DNA of 64,000 bases from Cyanophora paradoxa CCMP329 (lineage: Eukaryota > Plantae > Glaucophyta): NCBI GenBank assembly GCA_004431415.1, contig QPMI01000101.1:248001-312000 (forward strand). The letters are read 5' to 3'. The position numbers and the translations under genes were made by a program. Below are positions 56,555-64,000 of this stretch, piece after piece. The notes beneath the pieces are model-generated. The model ran no database searches. It saw nothing but the letters and a program-made list of their open reading frames with translations, and was not told where the DNA came from. Position 1 is the first letter of the stretch; each line of letters starts with the position of its first letter.

Positions 56555-59191
56555 CTAGTGGCGGGGGCTGATGGCGATGCGGACGTAGGGGGCGGGCCAG
56601 CACATGGTCGTGGCCCTGCGAGCGAAGTCGGCGGGAGGGGGTACGCGTCAGCGCGGCAGAGGGAGGGGAGGGGGGGCACGTGCACGCACTCGAAGCGGAC
56701 GTCGGGGTGGCCCTCTTCAAGGCCCACGCGGAACCGCTGGAGGATGGCCACCAGGGACAGCGCCACCTCCACCTAGGACGGGGGATGAGGCGGAAGGGGT
56801 ACGGGGTATTCCTTTAATCATCGCGGCCTACGTTCGCGAAGTTGCTCCCGATGCAGTGGCGGGGCCCCGCGCCGAAGGGGATGTACGCGTGCTGGGCCTC
56901 AGGCGGACCGTCCCGGAACCGCTCCGGATCGAACTCTGCGTGCGCCCCCTCCAGAAGTCAACGGGGAAGAGCCGGGGAGAGGGGGCCGGGCACCCTCGGG
57001 CCGCTCCCAGAAGTGGGGGTGCCGGTGCACGAGGAAGGTCGAGATCAGAAGCCCGCTGCCAGCCGGGATCGGCACACCCCCGATCTCGTCTGCGGCCCCC
57101 CTGATCATGAACCGCCGGGGGGGCTACGGGGCGTAGGGGGGGGGGGGGGGGGGGGTTACCGTCCTCGACGGCGTCGCGCATGAACACCCAGATGGTCGGA
57201 AAAAGCCTCATGACCTCCATCATAAATAGGCGCATGTACCCCAGCCGCGGCAGGTCCTCCACCGTCGCCTCCCGCCCCTGCAGAAGGAGCATCTCAGGGG
57301 GTACGGGATAAGGAAGAAGGGTACGGGAGCAAGCACCCCCAGGACGTCGTCGATCTCGGCGACGGCGCGCTCGAGGACGTGCGGGTTGCTCGCGAGGGCG
57401 TACAGCGCCCACGTCAGCGTCGTCGCGCTCGTCTCGTACCCCCCGCCGACCTGCCGGCCACGGACCTAAGTGGATGCGGAGGCGAGGGGGGATATATATA
57501 TACAGGGAGAGGGTTGGAATACCATGGTGATGACCTCGTCACGGAGCTGCTTGCGTGTGAGCGCCCCGCCAGTCTCCTGCGGCGAAAGTTAAAAAGAAGG
57601 GGGGTGAAGAGGGGGGTACGGGCCGCACGGGATCGCGGGCGGCGATGAGGAGGTCGAGAAAGTCGCGCTCCTTCCCCTCCCCCTCCCTATGGGGGTACGG
57701 GTCGGCCTGGGTAGACTGAGATTGAGGGGTGTTGGGCCGCGCGCACCCCGTGGCGTCCCGAGCGGCGAGGCGGGCGTCGACGATGCCGTACACAAATCTG
57801 CGGGGCGGGTTACGGGGTCCGGAACGGAGGTGCGGGGGGTACGGTGCGCCTGTCGATGGCGGCGAGGGTGTCGTTGAAGCGGCGGTTACGGGGGGTAGGG
57901 ACCCAGGTGGGCGGCTGCAGCGGGTTCGTGACAAGGTCGCCCGCGTACGCGAACGCAAACGCGAGCAAATCGTGTATCCCGCTCGCGTCCGTCCTGTGGG
58001 GGTAGCCAATCTTTAGAATGGGAGGCAGCGGATGTCTTTCTCTGGGGAGACGGGGGTACGGGGCGCGCCTGATGTCGACGTCGAGCATGAGGCGGGCGAT
58101 CACGGACATCGTCAGCCGCAGCATCTCCGTCTTCGCATCCAGCACCGTCGTACCCCTGCCGCGCGGGTCGAATGCGGGGGGCGCTGGAGCCGCAGAAGAG
58201 AGACGCGGCGCACCCGGCGGCCGTGACGCGGGCCTGCCACTCGTCGAGGGACTTGTGTGCCTCGCGCGTGACCACCTCAGCGAGATCGGACACCTGGGGG
58301 GTACATGAGTTAGACGGAAGGCGGGGAAAGAGGGGGCTGCTCGTGGGGGGGAGGGCGCGCCCTCTTCTGAGCGAAGACAGGCTGGATAAGGCGGCGGCCT
58401 GGCGCACGAGCGCGGGCGTCAGGTGCAGGCGCGGGCGACGGGGCTTCACGCGGGGGCAGCGCGCACTGAAGGGCCAGTTCTCGGATTCGGCGGCGGTGGC
58501 GAGGCCGCGGCCGAGGACGAGGGAGAGCTCCTTGGTGCTGTTCTTCTTCACGTAGTTCGCCTTGCGGTCGACCAGCACGTGCTTGATGTACTCCGGGTGC
58601 GCCAGCTGCGCACCCCCTCACCCCTCAGAGCGCGCACAGGTCAGGATCGATATGTATATATCTACGGGGCGCGCACGGTGAAGAAGGGCGGCTTGGTGGG
58701 GACGGAGGTGCGGAAGATGTCCCCGTTGACGGCCCACGCGTCCAGAAACGTGGGGAGCAGCCCGCGGGTCTTGAACGAGACGAGGCTCCCAAGCACTGGC
58801 CACTCCGAGGGCGCCGCGTACCAGTCGCCCGCTTTCAGCGCCGGCCCCCGCGGCGGGAGCGCCACGCGACGAGGCTCGGGGATCTGCGCCCGCGGGGGCG
58901 AACTCTAAACTCGCGCTCCCGGGCTGCCTCGGCGTGGCGCCGGCCGCGCATGCTCACCTTCGGCTTCGAGCTCTCCGCGGGCCGCGCGCGCTCCGTCGTG
59001 TCCGCGCCTGCATCCGCCCGCGGCTTGCCCGCATGGAGCGCGGCCGGCCGGGGCCTGTGCGAGCTAAGACGTGCGCTCGCAGGAAGCGCGTCGCCGAGCC
59101 TGGCGCCGGCGAACTCGCCCCGCCACGCGCCGGCCACGTGCGCGCGCCTGCGTTCGCCGATGGGCGCGGCAGCAACTGATACGAACGCCAT
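56555..59191 (-). CDS. Cytochrome P450 with a plastid-type (MAFV...) transit peptide
   Basis: I-helix [12 protein letters not shown], ExxR motif EVMRLFP, PERF, heme motif [13 protein letters not shown]. The N-terminus [10 protein letters not shown] is Ala/Arg/Ser-rich with no TM anchor. TAG at 56555. Confidence 0.93.
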
Positions 59192-59480
59192 CGCCGTCGC
59201 TTCTGCTGCCGTCGTCCCGACTTGGGTTCGTGCCGACCGCGACGTTTCGATCCCGATGGTCGCTTCGGATCGGAACTCGACGCGCTGCTGCGAGACGCAC
59301 GGAGAGTCTTAAGCTTGCACCGCTTCCTCTGCCGCGCGGGGAATCTCCGAACCTCAGAACCTGAGCGGGCCGGGTACAACCGTACAACGTCGGTACAAGG
59401 AGCGGCTCGGTCTGAGCCACCTGCACCCTCCCATTAGCGCCCGGCGGGCCGGCGGAGACCAGCTAGCGCCCCGGATTCCG

Positions 59481-61284
59481 ATGGAGGTGGCAAAAGCGCA
59501 AGCGCACGGCGGAGACCACGAGCTGCGTTTTACGGGAACCGTGTCTGAGGGTTGCGCGTTCGTGCGGGCCCACATCGACGACGGCAAATCCACAAACGCC
59601 TCGTTAGTGCTTCAAGCGTTGTTCGGCGGGCTCGAGGGTCGCAGGTTCGCCAGAAGCGTTTGCCTGCATTTCAGACACGACCAACGACATCTGGACTAGC
59701 CCTAGCAGCTGTTTGGCTAGCAGTTCGGCCTGGCCTGCAATGAGCTCGGCCTGATCGCCCCGCAGCGCATGGGTCGATTCCGTCCTCCCAGGCGATGCAA
59801 GCGCTCCAAGCTTGGCCGTCGCGGGCCAGGCTGGGCCCGCTAGCGATCACTTGCGAACTGACGCTCGAGCGCAGGATCTTGGCGCGCTCTACCGGCTTAT
59901 GAACGCGCACGGCCCGATCATGAGCTCCCTGACGAGGATCGAGGCACTTCGCTCGTCCCGCGCTCGCAACCCCCGTGGCCCAGTGGCTCGCTCCCGAGCG
60001 CGCGCGCGCAGCTGACTCGCCTCGCCACGCCGCCGCAGGACGGCAACGCTTCCCCCTCGGCTCTGGAGACTTTCCTCTCTGCCCTCTGCGTGCACTTCCG
60101 CCAGTGCCGCCCACCCAGGGGCACGGGTGCATGCGCCCCTCCTGGAGTGGCCAGCGCTGCCGCGCGACAGCCACGCCCGTGCTTCATCATCCTCGCCTCG
60201 TATCTCCGCGCCGCGTATCTCGTGGGGTCGGCCCCCCTTGTGGAGGCCTCCGGGCCTTCGGATCCGAGGGCGGCGCTGGCCCGCGCCTTCACGAAGACCG
60301 CCGTGAGGAGCTGGCTCGCTCACGTGCGCGCCGCCGCCTTCGAATTCCCGCGCTTTTCGAGCCCCGAGCCCGCCCCGCAGAGCCCGGCCCCGCCCCCGCC
60401 CGAGCTCCTCGAAGCCGTCCGCGTGCGTACCCGCCCCCTTCCCCCCCCCTCCGCCCTCCCCCGCCTTCCCCCCCCCACCCCCCTCCCCTTTTCCGTCCAC
60501 CGACCGTCCGCACACCATCGCAGCTGCTTGTGCTGCACCTGCACACGGGCGTGACTCTGCCCGCCATCGCGGACCCCTGTGGGCGCGACGCCGCCCTCGC
60601 TCCTAAGCTGCTCGAAATCGTGAGGGTGCGCGAGCGCTCGGCCCGCCCCGCCCCTTCCTCCCTTACTCCGACGCACGTGCCCCGCCTTCGCGTAGGTACC
60701 CCTGCGCCGTTTCCTTCGGAAGGTCATGTCCCAGGCGTCCTCGCCGGCCGTGTTTCTCCTTGCCGTTGGTCCAATTCGCGTGCCCCCCTCTCCCCGCACT
60801 GTAGCCCCGTGAATCAAACTCCGTCCCGTCATCAGATATTTGGCTGAGCTACCTCGAGCCAGGGGCCGCGCCAGAGGCCCTCGCCGGGTACGTTGTACCC
60901 CCGGGAGTTTCCCCCTCGCCCGGCCATATGGGGGGTACCGCAGCTGGGTGTCGACGAACCTGGACCTTTCCCTCGGCGAGGCGGCGTACCCCCCACCAAA
61001 TCGCAGTCCGATTCTCGAAATCCGTTCCTTCGCCGCTGACAACCGCGACTTCTACGTACCCCTCCACGAAATCTTCGTTGGAAAGGTCCGCCATTTTGTT
61101 CCCCGAGGCCTCGCGTCCCTTGAGGCTCGCACGCGACCACCTCGGAGCAGGTCGACACGATGGACTGGGGGTCCCTCCCCCCGCATGCGGCGGGGGTCTA
61201 CCCACGGCTCCTGCGCATGCTGGTGCGCCGAGCCGCCCAGCGACGCGCGCCCCGCGACGTCGGAGGCGAGCCCCGCGCCCGCAG
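59481..61284 (+). CDS. Uncharacterised multi-exon coding region, possibly the N-terminal part of the downstream LRR gene
   Basis: ATG at 59481 and several GT-AG introns with protein-like exons (e.g. YLRAAYLVGSAPLVE..., YRSWVSTNLDLSLGE...FYVPLHEIFVGK); no stop plus AT-rich spacer is evident before the LRR exon. Frames are not fully resolved. Confidence 0.4.
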
Positions 61285-62781
61285 GTGAAGCGAGTCGTGG
61301 AGGGACCCGCCGCATCCCTCACCGCCCCGAACACCACTGCGAGCCCCACGCACGCGACCCGGTACGGGTGCGCTCGGAAGCCCGCGGTGCAGCGTGTTTC
61401 TAACCATGCCTCCTGCGCCGGCAGCGAGGGCGGGTGGCGCGGCTGGTTCAGCGCTCTGGGGCGCGCCATCGGCTTCGCGAGCTCCGCGGCGACTCGCGGG
61501 CGCAATCCCACGGACCGTGAAGAATGCGGCGGGGGCGAGGACGAGGAGGAGGCGGTGTGGGATGCGGAGGACGCTGGCGACGGGGGCGGCGCACCTGCAG
61601 AGGTGGCGGCCAATGGCGACGTCGGCGCCGGGCTCCGGGGCCCCGCCGCCAGCGAGGAGAGCCTCCAGTCGGACGCGGCCCCCGCCGAGCCCGTTGCCCC
61701 CACCGACTCTGCCCCGGCTCCGGCGGCTCCGGCGGCCCCGGCGGCTCCGGCGGCGCCGGTGGATGCGACGGTGGCCGCCGCTCCGGCGGCTGAGGCGACC
61801 CCCGAGGCGCCGACGGCCCCGGCGGCTAATCATGAAGCGCTGGCGGCGGCGGGGGCGGCGGCGGCAGCGGCGGCGGCTGGGGCAGCGGCGGCGAGGGCGG
61901 CAGCAGCAGCGGCGGCGGCGGCGGCGGGCGAAGATCTAGCCGAATGCATGCCTGGGCAGGACGTTGCTATTCGCAGCGCCGCGGGGGCCTTGCGGGGCTG
62001 GACTGGCGACAAGGGCAAGCTGAACCTTTCGGGGGAGGAGCGGGCGGCGTGGCCGGTACACGAGGTCGCGCTCGTCGGCCCCGAGAACATCCGGGCGTTG
62101 GACCTCAGCGACAACCAGCTCGCCTCCATCCCCGGGGGCGAGCTCGCGAGGCTCCGCAACCTCGAGGAGCTGCACCTCGAGTGCAACCGCCTCGCCGCGC
62201 TCCCGCCCGAGATCGGAGCCTTGACGGGCCTCAAGCGCCTCTGGCTCGCCTCGAACCGGCTCACCGAGCTGCCGCAGGAGCTCGCGCGGCTCTCCCAGTT
62301 GACGGCTCTCTTCGTCAGCGAGAACCATCTGGCAGCGCTGCCAGCTCAGGCGATCGGGCAGCTGACAGCGCTTGAGCAGCTGGACGCAAGGAGCAACCGG
62401 CTGACCGCCCTTCCGCCGGATATACGACGCCTCTGCAGCCTCGAGGACCTCAACGTCGGCTTCAATCGGCTCGAGGAGCTGCCGCCGGAGATCGGGCAGC
62501 TTCAGCAGCTCAGGAGGCTGTGGCTGAACGGGAACAAGCTGACGGCGCTGCCTCCAGCGATCGGGCAGCTCTCGCTTCTGAACGAACTGACCGTGAGCGG
62601 GAATGAGCTTACGAGCCTGCCTTGGGAACTTGGTCAGCTTCCTCAGCTCAGCGCGCGCACGTTCTTCTTGGCCGACAATCCTCTCACGGCCATGCCGGAG
62701 CACGCAAGGCAGTCGGGGTTCGCCGCACTTGCGTACCTCCGTTCTGCTCCGCCTCCGGATCCTGCGGCCACATGCACGTGA
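61285..62781 (+). CDS. Leucine-rich repeat protein (typical 23-aa LRRs, SHOC2/PIRL-like)
   Basis: About 9 repeats of LxxLxLxxNxLxxLPxEIG in the terminal exon. TGA at 62779-62781. Confidence 0.9.
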   Translation: MKRVVEGPAASLTAPNTTASPTHATRYGCARKPAVQRVSNHASCAGSEGGWRGWFSALGRAIGFASSAATRGRNPTDREECGGGEDEEEAVWDAEDAGDGGGAPAEVAANGDVGAGLRGPAASEESLQSDAAPAEPVAPTDSAPAPAAPAAPAAPAAPVDATVAAAPAAEATPEAPTAPAANHEALAAAGAAAAAAAAGAAAARAAAAAAAAAAGEDLAECMPGQDVAIRSAAGALRGWTGDKGKLNLSGEERAAWPVHEVALVGPENIRALDLSDNQLASIPGGELARLRNLEELHLECNRLAALPPEIGALTGLKRLWLASNRLTELPQELARLSQLTALFVSENHLAALPAQAIGQLTALEQLDARSNRLTALPPDIRRLCSLEDLNVGFNRLEELPPEIGQLQQLRRLWLNGNKLTALPPAIGQLSLLNELTVSGNELTSLPWELGQLPQLSARTFFLADNPLTAMPEHARQSGFAALAYLRSAPPPDPAATCT

Positions 62782-63281
62782 CTCGGTGAGTCCTTCTGAA
62801 CCGAAATATGAATTCTTTCGTTGCTCTGCTTACGACTTCCTCTAGATCTCCTCCTCAAACCCACCACCACCACCAGCGGCACGACTAATTCGAGTTTATT
62901 CGCCGAGTCTCATCCTAAATCCAACAGTTTGTTCGAATTCTAGATCGTAGTTATAAACTATTTAAATGTTCCAGACGTTCAACAATCACCAGGTTTCACA
63001 AACCGGTTCAATATTATATATTGTGCCGCAGTGCCGCAGCCTCCCGCAGAACTCGAAGGCGCCGGCTTGCAATTGGAACTACCTCAGAGCCTCTCTCCTT
63101 CCCACCCAACCCCGCCCCCTGCAGCTGCATTCTAGCTGCGAGGGATAGTCGCAGACCGTCGGACTATACATGAACATGCACTTGTGTTCAAGGGCTCAAT
63201 GCAATCAGAAGATTTCTGTGCAACAGGTTCGGGGCGTGAGGAGCGCTGGCAGATCTACTAGAGGCTGGTTCATGGGATAGG

Positions 63282-64000
63282 CTAGCGCTGGAAGAAGGGC
63301 TGGCCGGCGTGGTGCTGGAGGATGCGCGCGTTGGCGAGCGGCGAGTAGCGCAGCAGCAGCAGCGCCGACCGCGTGTACCGCAGCGCCCCCTTTCTCCTCC
63401 TCGCCGCCGCCGTCGGCTTCGAGGAGGCAGAGGGGCGCTGCGGGCTGCAGCCGCCGGCGGGTAGGTGGACGGGGCGGGCGAGGGGCGAGTCCCGGAAGCG
63501 CGCGGCCTCGGGGGAGAGGGGGAAGGCGTAGTCGGCGGGGGCGGAGGTGCCGCGGGCGGAGACGGAGCGGAGAGCCGGGCAGGGGGCGGCGAGGGCGTCG
63601 AGCCCGGCGGCGGAGACGGCGCGGTTGTCGGAGACGGCGAGGGAGGCGAGGCGGGGCAGGGCGAGGGTGCGCAGGCCGCGGTCGGAGACGAGGGTGGCGG
63701 ACAGATCGAGTGTTGTAAGGGCGGGCATCGCGGAGAGGGCGGCCGCCGCGTGGTCGCTGACGTGCGTGCGCGCCAGCGAGAGCTCGGCGAGCAGCGGGCA
63801 GCCGACGAGCTCCGCCACGCCCGAGTCCGTGAGGGGCGTCCCGCAGAGGGAGAGGGCGGTGAGGGAGGGGAGGGCGCGCAGGAGCGGCGCCGCCTCGTCG
63901 CCGGCCTCTGTGCGGTCGAGGCGGAGGCGGCGGAGGGCCGGCAGCGAGAGCAGCGCCCCGCAGGCCTCGGCCCCCGCGGGCGTGCCGGAGAGATCCAGCG
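63282..64000 (-). CDS. RNI-like LRR protein, 3' part, with a C-terminal YxxxxL-phi motif (CERES-like)
   Basis: Repeats LxxLxLxxTxVSD, then RYTRSALLLLRYSPLA near the stop at 63282. 5' part lies outside the window. Confidence 0.8.
   Translation of the reverse strand, partial: LDLSGTPAGAEACGALLSLPALRRLRLDRTEAGDEAAPLLRALPSLTALSLCGTPLTDSGVAELVGCPLLAELSLARTHVSDHAAAALSAMPALTTLDLSATLVSDRGLRTLALPRLASLAVSDNRAVSAAGLDALAAPCPALRSVSARGTSAPADYAFPLSPEAARFRDSPLARPVHLPAGGCSPQRPSASSKPTAAARRRKGALRYTRSALLLLRYSPLANARILQHHAGQPFFQR

Noticed and set aside
1-64000. Prokaryotic origin, alternative genetic code, or rRNA/tRNA genes
   Set aside because: Spliceosomal introns explain the in-frame stops, genes end in standard TAG/TGA, and no rRNA or tRNA-like sequence was recognised by eye.

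Overview
This is a very GC-rich, gene-dense eukaryotic nuclear region with many short spliceosomal introns, mostly about 50-80 nt. The six-frame ORF track is therefore mostly misleading, and I rebuilt the genes by splicing. Two proteins start with Phe-containing plastid-type transit peptides (MAFVSV..., MASTSF...), and one of them is a cyanobacterial-type DUF2301 protein. This suggests a glaucophyte such as Cyanophora (inference). Gene order: midasin/Rea1 (5' partial, about 36 introns); a lower-GC, palindrome-rich block hiding spliced AP2-like ORFs and a 40-bp minisatellite; PP2C; a Glu/Ala-rich ERICH3-like protein; DUF2301; an SK-type K+ channel; an AT-hook protein; a coiled-coil protein; an FkbM methyltransferase; LYRM5/ETFRF1; an ABCB10-like half transporter; a second coiled-coil protein; cobalamin adenosyltransferase; a plastid-targeted P450; and two LRR genes. 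The most notable signals are: (1) about one third of midasin introns use GC donors, with a GY(C/G)CGC-type donor and G-rich 3' ends; (2) a nucleosome-scale C-block/G-block oscillation at synonymous sites, with introns at the C-to-G switches; (3) a same-strand overlap of LYRM5 and FkbM that looks like a leaky-scanning bicistron; (4) cryptic AP2-like genes reshaped by 6-nt palindromic expansions; (5) an LRR protein with a C-terminal eIF4E-binding motif (CERES-like); (6) a 10-nt microexon encoding the K+ selectivity filter. All splice models are manual and lack transcript support.
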